This document shows positions 1 through 12,100 of a stretch of 64,000 bases of DNA, in pieces (the first letter of the stretch is position 1; the number at the start of each line of letters is the position of its first letter). The notes beneath the pieces are model-generated. The model ran no database searches. It was not told the origin of the DNA and worked only from the letters and a program-made list of their open reading frames with translations. The position numbers and the translations under genes are program-made. This DNA is from Nemertoderma westbladi (lineage: Eukaryota; Animalia; Xenacoelomorpha), in the NCBI GenBank assembly GCA_032718475.1, contig JAUCBJ010007562.1, positions 1 through 64,000 of the forward strand. The letters run 5' to 3'.

Positions 1-520
1 TTTGGTGCTGCCGGCCGTGACGTGAAGTGTGCCGGTATCGACTGCGGGATGCGCGGATGTGCGACACATTTGGGGCGTTTATCGCCCGAGAAGGGTGGGG
101 TCGTGTTTAGCGGATCGATAACGCCGTGTGACTGCCTATCAATGTTTGCGTTTAACCGCGGGAAGTATGCAAGGTTTCTACACACATTGTTACACTGTGT
201 GTATCAATGTATATGCATAGCGCACCAGATTGGGGGATAATGTGGCAAACACCGCGATAAACAACAGAAGCATTTCTAGTTTATATTTATATAGAAACCG
301 TCGCTGTGTTGGTACGGCCATTTTATTTGTGACTTTCCGTCTCCGGACTTTTCGTCCCGGACTTTTTATCCTGGATTTTAAATTCCCAGACTTTTCGTGC
401 GGGCCTGAGGACCTACTAAATGCAATATTTATACAATATAATATAAGGGAACTTCCGACTTCCAGTACCTTGGATCATGGATAGAGAGTAGCAAAAAGGA
501 CATAGAAGTTAGGAAAGCAA

Positions 521-2220
521 CTACTACTACTACTACTAGGATCGGCATGCTGCATTGCAGCTGCATTTCTAAGAATGCTGTGCCGGCTTGTCGACAAAAT
601 TGCGCCGCCACAACTCCCTATCACCCATGACATTTGCTAGATCATCCGCATCTTCAAGGCCAGAGTGTCCCTTAAGATGCGTCTCAAGAAAGTCATGGGC
701 TGTCCACCATGCTTATTAACTCCATGAGGATGCCAAAGTACAAGATTATGCATTGGCTGGTCCTCACGGCGAAAGCAATGTCCTGCAAAGCGGAGGCGAT
801 TTTGTTCTAGTGTCAAGCTTGGGAGAACCAATGAGACACCTCCAATGTTATATAGCGTCTGGTTGGAGATGTGTGCATTGTACTTGACACAATGAGTCAT
901 TCTCAACCATTCTTGTGAATGTGCCATCCAGAGATTTGGTGTCCTCAGCAGTTAGAGCCCAGCATGGACTCCCATAGAGGAGTACTGGAACTACTGCTGC
1001 TATAAATAATCGGACCTCAAGTTTCCGATTAATTCTCGGTGACTTCCAAATCCTATTCCTATTCAAGGAAAGCCTATTCAAGGTTGCCCATGCCTTTCCC
1101 TTACGTATTCGAAGGTCCTCACCTGACTTCCGGATCCATGATCCCAGGTAACAGAAGTCGTCCACATGCTCAAGCATACCATCATTTGAGCTTATGCTCA
1201 TCCGATCAGAGACTTGCTGAGGACTTTCAAAGTAAACTGTCAAAATTTGCAGCATGTTCTAATGAGCCGAGGAGCCGTTGGGCTCTCCCTCCAGTGATTC
1301 TGAGAGTACTCCTAAGTCATCAGCAAAGTCTAGATCAGTTAGATACTTGGCAGGATTTCCTCGACTTCTGGAGCCAGTAGGTGGAGTTACCATCACACCA
1401 TCATCATTATGATGATCTAAGGACATGCGTAGAACATAGTCAACCACAATTATGAACAAGAATGGTGCAAGAGTGTCTCCCTGGAGGACGCCCCATAACA
1501 CATCAAATGGTTCTGTGTCACCGTCAACAGTAGACACAAATGTTGTCGAACCATCGTATACTGATCTGATTGCTGCAATAATTTCATCAGGAATCCCATA
1601 TAATGAAAGTATGCTGAACATAAGTGAGCGAGATACTGAATCAAAGGCCTTGAAGAAATCAACAAAGATAACAGCCAGATGCCTGTCTTTCTTTTTTGAT
1701 AACTCTTCAATTATCCTTCTAAGTGCCAAAATGGGCTCCATGGTCCCACGACCTTTACGGAACCCATTCTGATTTCCACGGAGCAGTCTATCAATGGGAT
1801 CCCTGATGCGATTTAATAGAATTCTATTGTATAGCTTTGCAGCAATCGAGATCAATGAGATTCCCCGAAAGAACCATAGAGTGTTAGGTTGCCCTTCTTG
1901 GGAACTGGCACCAACTTATTTGTTTTCATTTCTTTTGGGACTCTTGTTGTTTGGTACATGTCTACTATGATGGGATAGATGAGCTTTAAACACTCAGGTA
2001 TTTTAAAGACCTCAGGGGGAACACCATCTACTCCACTGGCACGATTGGTCTTAATGCTCTTTGCAGCAGCCTTCACTTCTGCAAAGGAGATATCGCCAAT
2101 GGGAATATCTGGGAGTACAGACTCAGACACGTTTACTTCTATAAAGTTATCAGGCAATACCCTGTCATTATTGAGGAGCTTTTCAAAGTGGGCCTTCCAA
2201 CCATTGAGGCGATCGGCTGG
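521..2220 (-). mobile_element. RTE-clade non-LTR retrotransposon, 5'-truncated and decayed, with (TAG)n 3' tail
   Basis: Minus-strand ORF fragments give RT motifs in order: ASGVDG, LVPVPKKG, NQNGFRKGR, VDFFKAFDSV, GVLQGDTLAPFLF, DLDFADD, FCYLGS, VLLYG, RLRFAGH, and the RTE-type C-terminus MGDRELWRR...* (stop at 569-571). (CTA)n on the plus strand at 521-538 is the tail. Confidence 0.9.
569..2220 (-). pseudogene. Reverse transcriptase ORF of the RTE element, broken by frameshifts
   Basis: The continuous RT reading is split over ORFs 1852-2157, 1259-1855, 848-1255 and 637-927 in different frames. Confidence 0.88.
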
Positions 2221-2418
2221 TAAACAATCACAATTAAAATATAAATATAAATTTTAATAAACACCGTACGAGTAAAATAATATTCCATTAAAATAAGTCA
2301 TTAAAATGTACAGTATATCAGAAAAAGTTAGTTTATTTTATAGTTAAGTTATTTTATTTTGCGTGTTCGGAGAGGGCGGAGGTGCGGAAGGAACAAGATA
2401 AAGCGTGGTACTTTTCTA

Positions 2419-3190
2419 GGCAGGGTAGGTTGCAGAAACGGCAAACACAGGAATTTGAGCGGTCATGGAAGGGGCGAGGGTGCAGGGTAGGTTGCAGAAA
2501 CGGCAAACACAGGAATTGGAGCTGTCATGGAAGGGGCGAGGGCGAGGGGTGAGCAGATCTTATGGTGGAATCCATGGCAGGTGGCTCTAGTAAACACAGG
2601 AATTGGAGCGGTCATGGAAGGGGCGAGGGTTTGAGCAGATCTTATGGTGGAATCCATGGCAGGTGGCTCTAGTAAACACAGGAATTGGAGCGGTCATGGA
2701 AGGGGCGAGGATTTGACCAGATCTTATGGTGGAATCCATGGCAGGTGGCTCTAGTAAACACAGGAATTGGAGCGGTCATGGAAGGGGCAGGGTTTGAGCA
2801 GATCTTATGGTGGAATCCATGGCAGGTGGCTCTTGTAAACAGAGGAATTGGAGCGGTCATGGAAGGGGTGAGGGTTTGAGCAGATCTTATGGTGGAATCC
2901 AGGGCAGGTGGCTCTAGTAAACACAGGAATTGAAGCGCTCATGGAAGGGGCGAGGGTTTGAGCAGATCTTATGGTGGAATCCATGGCAGGTGGCTCTAGT
3001 AAACACAGGAATTGGAGCGGTCATTGAAGGAGCGAGGGTTTGAGCAGATCTTATGGTGGAATCCATGGCAGGTGGCTCTAGTAAACACAGGAATTGGAGC
3101 GGTCATGGAAGGGGCGAGGATTTGAGCAGATCTTATGGTGGAATCCATGGCAGGTGGCTCTAGTAAACACAGGAATTGGAGCGGTCATGG
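2419..3190. repeat. Tandem repeat: ~2 copies of a ~62-bp unit followed by ~8 copies of an 82-bp unit sharing the core aaacacaggaattggagcggtcatggaagggg
   Basis: gagcggtcatgg recurs at 2606 and 2688 (82-bp period) and onward to 3190. Confidence 0.93.
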
Positions 3191-6100
3191 AACCTTGGGT
3201 ACGGCTTCCGTAAGGGCCGATCAATGTCAGTGGAACCTTGGGTACGGCCTCCGTAAGGGCCGATCAATGTCAGTGGAACCTTGGGTTATGGCTTCCGTAA
3301 GGGCCGATCAATGTTAGTGGAACCTTGGGTACGGCTTCAGTAAGGGCCAATCAATGTCAGTGGAACCTTGGGTAAGGCTTCCGTAAGGGCCGATCAATCT
3401 CAGTGGAACCTTGGGTATGGCTTCCGTAAGGGCCGATCAATGTCAGTGGAACCTTGGGTACGGCCTCCGTAAGGGCCGATCAATGTCAGTGGAACCTTGG
3501 GTTATGGCTTCCGTAAGGGCCGATCAATGTTAGTGGAACCTTGGGTACGGCTTCAGTAAGGGCCAATCAATGTCAGTGGAACCTTGGGTAAGGCTTCCGT
3601 AAGGGCCGATCAATCTCAGTGGAACCTTGGGTATGGCTTCCGTAAGGGCCGATCAATGTCAGTGGAACCTTGGGTACGTCTTCCATAAGGGCCGATCAAT
3701 GTCAGTGGAACCTTGGGTACGTCTTCCATAAGGGCCAATCAAAGTCAGTGGAACCTTGGGTACAGCTTCCGTGAGGGCCAATCAATGTCAGTGGAACCTT
3801 GGGTATGGCTTCCGTAAGGGCCGATCAATGTGAGTGGAACCTTGGGTATGGCTTCCGTAAGGGCCAATCAATGTCAATGGAACCTTGGGTACGGCTTCCG
3901 TAAGGGCCGATCAATGTGAGTGGAACCTTGGGTATGGCTTCCGTAAGGGCCAATCAATGTCAGTGGAACCTTGGGTAAGGCTTCCGTAAGGGCCGATCAA
4001 TGTCAGTGGAACCTTGGGTAAGGCTTCCGTAAGGGCCGATCAATGTCAGTGGAACCTTGGTTATGACTTCCGTAAGGGCCGATCAATGTGAGTGGAACCT
4101 TGGGTAAGGCTTCCGTAAGGGCCAATCAATGTCAGTGCAACCTTGGGTAAGGCTTCCGTAAGGGCCGATCAATGTCAGTGGAACCTTGGGTAAGGCTTCC
4201 GTAAGGGCCGATCAATGTCAGTGGAACCTTGGGTAAGGCTTCCGTAAGGGCCGATCAATGTCAGTGGAACCTTGGGTAAGGCTTCCGTAAGGGCCGATCA
4301 ATGTCAGTGGAACCTTGGGTAAGGCTTCCGTAAGGGCCGATCAATGTCAGTGGAACCTTGGGTACGGCTTCCGTAAGGGCCGATCAATGTCAGTGGAACC
4401 TTGGGTATGACTTCCGTAAGGGCCGATCAATGTCAGTGGAACCTTGGTTATGACTTCCGTAAGGGCCGCTCAATGCAGTGGAACCTTGGTTATGACTTCC
4501 GTAAGGGCCGATCAAAGTCAGTGGAACCTTGGGTACGGCTTCCGTAAGGGCCGATCAATGTCAGTGGAACCTTGGGTAAGGCTTCCGTAAGGGCCGATCA
4601 ATGTCAGTGGAACCTTGGGTACAGCTTCCATAAGGGCCAATCAATGTCAGTGGAACCTTGGGTACGGCGTCCGTAAGGGCCGATCAATGTGAGTGGAACC
4701 TTGGGTATGACTTCCGTAAGGGCCGCTCAATGCAGTGGAACCTTGGTTATGACTTCCGTAAGGGCCGATCAATGCAGTGGAACCTTGGTTATGACTTCCG
4801 TAAGGGCCGATCAATGTCAGTGGAACCTTGGGTACGGCGTCCGTAAGGGCCGATCAATGTGAGTGGAACCTTGGGTATGACTTCCGTAAGGGCCGCTCAA
4901 TGCAGTGGAACCTTGGTTATGACTTCCGTAAGGGCCGCTCAATGCAGTGGAACCTTGGTTATGACTTCCGTAAGGGCCGATCAATGTCAGTGGAACCTTG
5001 GGTACGGCTTCCGTAAGGGCCGATCAATGTCAGTGGAACCTTGGGTACGGCTTCCGTAAGGGCCGATCAATGTCAGTGGAACCTTGGGTAAGGCTTCCGT
5101 AAGGGCCGATCAATGTCAGTGGAACCTTGGGTAAGGCTTCCGTAAGGGCCAATCAATGTCAGTGGAACCTTGGGTAAGGCTTCCGTAAGGGCCGATCAAT
5201 GTCAGTGGAACCTTGGGTACGGCTTCCGTAAGGGCCGATCAATGTCAGTGGAACCTTGGGTAAGGCTTCCGTAAGGGCCGATCAATGTCAGTGGAACCTT
5301 GGGTAAGGCTTCCGTAAGGGCCAATCAATGTCAGTGGAACCTTGGGTACGGCTTCCGTAAGGGCCAATCAATGTCAGTGGAACCTTGGGTAAGGCTTCCG
5401 TAAGGGCCGATCAATGTCAGTGGAACCTTGGGTAAGGCTTCCGTAAGGGCCAATCAATGTCAGTGGAACCTTGGGTAAGGCTTCCGTAAGGGCCAATCAA
5501 TGTCAGTGGAACCTTGGGTAAGGCTTCCGTAAGGGCCAATCAATGTCAGTGGAACCTTGGGTAAGGCTTCCGTAAGGGCCGATCAATGTCAGTGGAACCT
5601 TGGTTATGACTTCCGTAAGGGCCGATCAATGTCAGTGGAACCTTGGTTATGACTTCCGTAAGGGCCAATCAATGTCAGTGGAACCTTGGGTATGGCTTCC
5701 GTAAGGGCCGATCAATGTCAGTGGAACCTTGGGTAAGGCTTCCGTAAGGGCCAATCAATGTCAGTGGAACCTTGGGTATGGCTTCCGTAAGGGCCGATCA
5801 ATGTCAGTGGAACCTTGGGTAAGGCTTCCGTAAGGGCCAATCAATGTCAGTGGAACCTTGGGTATGGCTTCCGTAAGGGCCGATCAATGTCAGTGGAACC
5901 TTGGGTAAGGCTTCCGTAAGGGCCAATCAATGTCAGTGGAACCTTGGTTATGACTTCCGTAAGGGCCAATCAATGTCAGTGGAACCTTGGTTATGACTTC
6001 CGTAAGGGCCAATCAATGTCAGTGGAACCTTGGGTAAGGCTTCCGTAAGGGCCGATCAATGTCAGTGGAACCTTGGGTAAGGCTTCCGTAAGGGCCAATC

Positions 6101-9100
6101 AATGTCAGTGGAACCTTGGTTATGACTTCCGTAAGGGCCAATCAATGTCAGTGGAACCTTGGGTACGGCTTCCGTAAGGGCCAATCAATGTCAGTGGAAC
6201 CTTGGTTATGACTTCCGTAAGGGCCAATCAATGTCAGTGGAACCTTGGGTAAGGCTTCCGTGAGGGCCAATCAATGTCAGTGGAAACTTGGTTATGGCTT
6301 CCGTAAGGGCCGATCAATGTCAGTGGAACCTTGGGTAAGGCTTCCGTAAGGGCCAATCAATGTCAGTGGAACCTTGGTTATGACTTCCGTAAGGGCCAAT
6401 CAATGTCAGTGGAACCTTGGGTATGGCTTCCGTAAGGGCCAATCAATGTCAGTGGAACCTTGGGTAAGGCTTCCGTAAGGGCCAATCAATGTCAGTGGAA
6501 CCTTGGGTATGGCTTCCGTAAGGGCCAATCAATGTCAGTGGAACCTTGGGTAAGGCTTCCGTAAGGGCCAATCAATGTCAGTGGAACCTTGGTTATGACT
6601 TCCGTAAGGGCCAATCAATGTCAGTGGAACCTTGGGTATGGCTTCCGTAAGGGCCAATCAATGTCAGTGGAACCTTGGGTAAGGCTTCCGTAAGGGCCAA
6701 TCAATGTCAGTGGAACCTTGGTTATGACTTCCGTAAGGGCCAATCAATGTCAGTGGAACCTTGGTTATGACTTCCGTAAGGGCCAATCAATGTCAGTGGA
6801 ACCTTGGGTACGGCTTCCGTAAGGGCCAATCAATGTCAGTGGAACCTTGGGTATGGCTTCCGTAAGGGCCAATCAATGTCAGTGGAACCTTGGTTATGAC
6901 TTCCGTAAGGGCCAATCAATGTCAGTGGAACCTTGGTTATGACTTCCGTAAGGGCCAATCAATGTCAGTGGAACCTTGGGTATGGCTTCCGTAAGGGCCA
7001 ATCAATGTCAGTGGAACCTTGGGTAAGGCTTCCGTAAGGGCCAATCAATGTCAGTGGAACCTTGGTTATGACTTCCGTAAGGGCCAATCAATGTCAGTGG
7101 AACCTTGGGTATGGCTTCCGTAAGGGCCAATCAATGTCAGTGGAACCTTGGGTAAGGCTTCCGTAAGGGCCAATCAATGTCAGTGGAACCTTGGTTATGA
7201 CTTCCGTAAGGGCCAATCAATGTCAGTGGAACCTTGGGTATGGCTTCCGTAAGGGCCGATCAATGTCAGTGGAACCTTGGTTATGGCTTCCGTAAGGGCC
7301 AATCAATGTCAGTGGAACCTTGGGTAAGGCTTCCGTAAGGGCCAATCAATGTCAGTGGAACCTTGGGTAAGGCTTCCGTAAGGGCCAATCAATGTCAGTG
7401 GAACCTTGGGTAAGGCTTCCGTAAGGGCCAATCAATGTCAGTGGAACCTTGGGTAAGGCTTCCGTAAGGGCCAATCAATGTCAGTGGAACCTTGGGTAAG
7501 GCTTCCGTAAGGGCCAATCAATGTCAGTGGAACCTTGGGTAAGGCTTCCGTAAGGGCCAATCAATGTCAGTGGAACCTTGGTTATGACTTCCGTAAGGGC
7601 CGATCAATGTCAGTGGAACCTTGGGTAAGGCTTCCGTAAGGGCCAATCAATGTCAGTGGAACCTTGGGTAAGGCTTCCGTAAGGGCCAATCAATGTCAGT
7701 GGAACCTTGGGTAAGGCTTCCGTAAGGGCCAATCAATGTCAGTGGAACCTTGGGTAAGGCTTCCGTAAGGGCCAATCAATGTCAGTGGAACCTTGGGTAT
7801 GGCTTCCGTAAGGGCCAATCAATGTCAGTGGAACCTTGGGTAAGGCTTCCGTAAGGGCCAATCAATGTCAGTGGAACCTTGGGTACGGCTTCCGTAAGGG
7901 CCAATCAATGTCAGTGGAACCTTGGTTATGACTTCCGTAAGGGCCGATCAATGTCAGTGGAACCTTGGTTATGACTTCCGTAAGGGCCGATCAAAGTCAG
8001 TGGAACCTTGGGTACGGCTTCCGTAAGGGCCGATCAATGTCAGTGGAACCTTGGGTAAGGCTTCCGTAAGGGCCGATCAATGTCAGTGGAACCTTGGTTA
8101 TGACTTCCGTAAGGGCCAATCAATGTCAGTGGAACCTTGGTTATGACTTCCGTAAGGGCCAATCAATGTCAGTGGAACCTTGGTTATGACTTCCGTAAGG
8201 GCCAATCAATGTCAGTGGAACCTTGGGTAAGGCTTCCGTAAGTGCCGATCAATGCAGTGGAACCTTGGGTATGGCTTCCGTAAGGGCCGATCAATGTCAG
8301 TGGAACCTTGGTTATGACTTCCGTAAGGGCCAATCAATGTCAGTGGAACCTTGGGTAAGGCTTCCGTAAGTGCCGATCAATGCAGTGGAACCTTGGGTAT
8401 GGCTTCCGTAAGGGCCGATCAATGTCAGTGGAACCTTGGTTATGACTTCCGTAAGGGCCGATCAATGTCAGTGGAACCTTGGTTATGACTTCCGTAAGGG
8501 CCGATCAATGTCAGTGGAACCTTGGGTAAGGCTTCCGTAAGGGCCAATCAATGTCAGTGGAACCTTGGTTATGGCTTCCGTAAGGGCCAATCAATGTCAG
8601 TGGAACCTTGGTTATGACTTCCGTAAGGGCCGATCAATGTCAGTGGAACCTTGGGTAAGGCTTCCGTAAGGGCCAATCAATGTCAGTGGAACCTTGGTTA
8701 TGACTTCCGTAAGGGCCAATCAATGTCAGTGGAACCTTGGTTATGACTTCCGTAAGGGCCAATCAATGTCAGTGGAACCTTGGGTAAGGCTTCCGTAAGG
8801 GCCAATCAATGTCAGTGGAACCTTGGGTAAGGCTTCCGTAAGGGCCAATCAATGTCAGTGGAACCTTGGTTATGGCTTCCGTAAGGGCCAATCAATGTCA
8901 GTGGAACCTTGGTTATGACTTCCGTAAGGGCCAATCAATGTCAGTGGAACCTTGGGTAAGGCTTCCGTAAGGGCCAATCAATGTCAGTGGAACCTTGGGT
9001 AAGGCTTCCGTAAGGGCCAATCAATGTCAGTGGAACCTTGGTTATGGCTTCCGTAAGGGCCAATCAATGTCAGTGGAACCTTGGTTATGACTTCCGTAAG

Positions 9101-12100
9101 GGCCAATCAATGTCAGTGGAACCTTGGGTAAGGCTTCCGTAAGGGCCAATCAATGTCAGTGGAACCTTGGGTAAGGCTTCCGTAAGGGCCAATCAATGTC
9201 AGTGGAACCTTGGTTATGGCTTCCGTAAGGGCCAATCAATGTCAGTGGAACCTTGGTTATGACTTCCGTAAGGGCCGATCAATGTCAGTGGAACCTTGGG
9301 TAAGGCTTCCGTAAGGGCCAATCAATGTCAGTGGAACCTTGGTTATGACTTCCGTAAGGGCCAATCAATGTCAGTGGAACCTTGGTTATGACTTCCGTAA
9401 GGGCCAATCAATGTCAGTGGAACCTTGGGTATGACTTCCGTAAGGGCCAATCAATGTCAGTGGAACCTTGGTTATGACTTCCGTAAGGGCCAATCAATGT
9501 CAGTGGAACCTTGGTTATGACTTCCGTAAGGGCCAATCAATGTCAGTGGAACCTTGGTTATGACTTCCGTAAGGGCCAATCAATGTCAGTGGAACCTTGG
9601 TTATGACTTCCGTAAGGGCCAATCAATGTCAGTGGAACCTTGGTTATGACTTCCGTAAGGGCCAATCAATGTCAGTGGAACCTTGGGTAAGGCTTCCGTA
9701 AGTGCCGATCAATGCAGTGGAACCTTGGGTATGGCTTCCATAAGGGCCAATCAAAGTCAGTGGAACCTTGGGTACAGCTTCCGTGAGGGCCAATCAATGT
9801 CAGTGGAACCTTGGGTAAGGCTTCCGTAAGGGCCAATCAATGTCAGTGGAACCTTGGTTATGACTTCCGTAAGGGCCAATCAATGTCAGTGGAACCTTGG
9901 GTAAGGCTTCCGTAAGGGCCAATCAATGTCAGTGGAACCTTGGTTATGACTTCCGTAAGGGCCGCTCAATGCAGTGGAACCTTGGTTAAGGCTTCCATAA
10001 GGGCCAATCAATGTCAGTGGAACCTTGGGTATGACTTCCGTAAGGGCCAATCAATGTCAGTGGAACCTTGGGTATGACTTCCGTAAGGGCCAATCAATGT
10101 CAGTGGAACCTTGGTTATGACTTCCGTAAGGGCCAATCAATGTCAGTGGAACCTTGGTTATGACTTCCGTAAGGGCCAATCAATGTCAGTGGAACCTTGG
10201 TTATGACTTCCGTAAGGGCCAATCAATGTCAGTGGAACCTTGGGTAAGGCTTCCGTAAGGGCCGATCAATGCAGTGGAACCTTGGGTATGACTTCCGTAA
10301 GGGCCAATCAATGTCAGTGGAACCTTGGTTATGACTTCCGTAAGGGCCAATCAATGTCAGTGGAACCTTGGTTATGACTTCCGTAAGGGCCAATCAATGT
10401 CAGTGGAACCTTGGGTAAGGCTTCCGTAAGGGCCGATCAATGCAGTGGAACCTTGGGTAAGGCTTCCGTAAGGGCCAATCAATGTCAGTGGAACCTTGGT
10501 TATGACTTCCGTAAGGGCCAATCAATGTCAGTGGAACCTTGGTTATGACTTCCGTAAGGGCCAATCAATGTCAGTGGAACCTTGGGTAAGGCTTCCGTAA
10601 GTGCCGATCAATGCAGTGGAACCTTGGGTATGGCTTCCATAAGGGCCAATCAAAGTCAGTGGAACCTTGGGTACAGCTTCCGTGAGGGCCAATCAATGTC
10701 AGTGGAACCTTGGGTATGGCTTCCGTAAGGGCCAATCAATGTCAGTGGAACCTTGGGTACGGCTTCCGTAAGGGCCAATCAATGTCAGTGGAACCTTGGT
10801 TATGACTTCCGTAAGGGCCAATCAATGTCAGTGGAACCTTGGGTAAGGCTTCCGTAAGGGCCAATCAATGTCAGTGGAACCTTGGGTAAGGCTTCCGTAA
10901 GTGCCGATCAATGCAGTGGAACCTTGGGTATGGCTTCCATAAGGGCCAATCAAAGTCAGTGGAACCTTGGGTACAGCTTCCGTGAGGGCCAATCAATGTC
11001 AGTGGAACCTTGGGTAAGGCTTCCGTAAGGGCCAATCAATGTCAGTGGAACCTTGGTTATGACTTCCGTAAGGGCCAATCAATGTCAGTGGAACCTTGGG
11101 TAAGGCTTCCGTAAGGGCCAATCAATGTCAGTGGAACCTTGGTTATGACTTCCGTAAGGGCCAATCAATGTCAGTGGAACCTTGGTTATGACTTCCGTAA
11201 GGGCCAATCAATGTCAGTGGAACCTTGGTTATGACTTCCGTAAGGGCCAATCAATGTCAGTGGAACCTTGGTTATGACTTCCGTAAGGGCCAATCAATGT
11301 CAGTGGAACCTTGGTTATGACTTCCGTAAGGGCCAATCAATGTCAGTGGAACCTTGGGTAAGGCTTCCGTAAGTGCCGATCAATGCAGTGGAACCTTGGG
11401 TATGGCTTCCATAAGGGCCAATCAAAGTCAGTGGAACCTTGGGTACAGCTTCCGTGAGGGCCAATCAATGTCAGTGGAACCTTGGGTATGGCTTCCGTAA
11501 GGGCCGATCAATGTGAGTGGAACCTTGGGTATGGGCCAATCAATGCAGTGGAACCTTGGGTACGGCTTCCGTAAGGGCCAATCAATGTCAGTGGAACCTT
11601 GGTTATGACTTCCGTAAGGGCCAATCAATGTCAGTGGAACCTTGGTTATGACTTCCGTAAGGGCCAATCAATGTCAGTGGAACCTTGGGTACGGCTTCCG
11701 TAAGGGCCAATCAATGTCAGTGGAACCTTGGGTATGACTTCCGTAAGGGCCAATCAATGTCAGTGGAACCTTGGTTATGACTTCCGTAAGGGCCAATCAA
11801 TGTCAGTGGAACCTTGGTTATGACTTCCGTAAGGGCCAATCAATGTCAGTGGAACCTTGGTTATGACTTCCGTAAGGGCCAATCAATGTCAGTGGAACCT
11901 TGGTTATGACTTCCGTAAGGGCCGATCAATGTCAGTGGAACCTTGGGTAAGGCTTCCGTAAGGGCCAATCAATGTCAGTGGAACCTTGGTTATGGCTTCC
12001 GTAAGGGCCAATCAATGTCAGTGGAACCTTGGTTATGACTTCCGTAAGGGCCGATCAATGTCAGTGGAACCTTGGGTAAGGCTTCCGTAAGGGCCAATCA

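Noticed and set aside
1-500. Short ORFs 22-240 and 230-484, and the ggacttt-type short repeats at 330-400
   Set aside because: No recognisable protein motif. The short repeats might be a transposon subterminal region, but no terminus or TSD can be shown.
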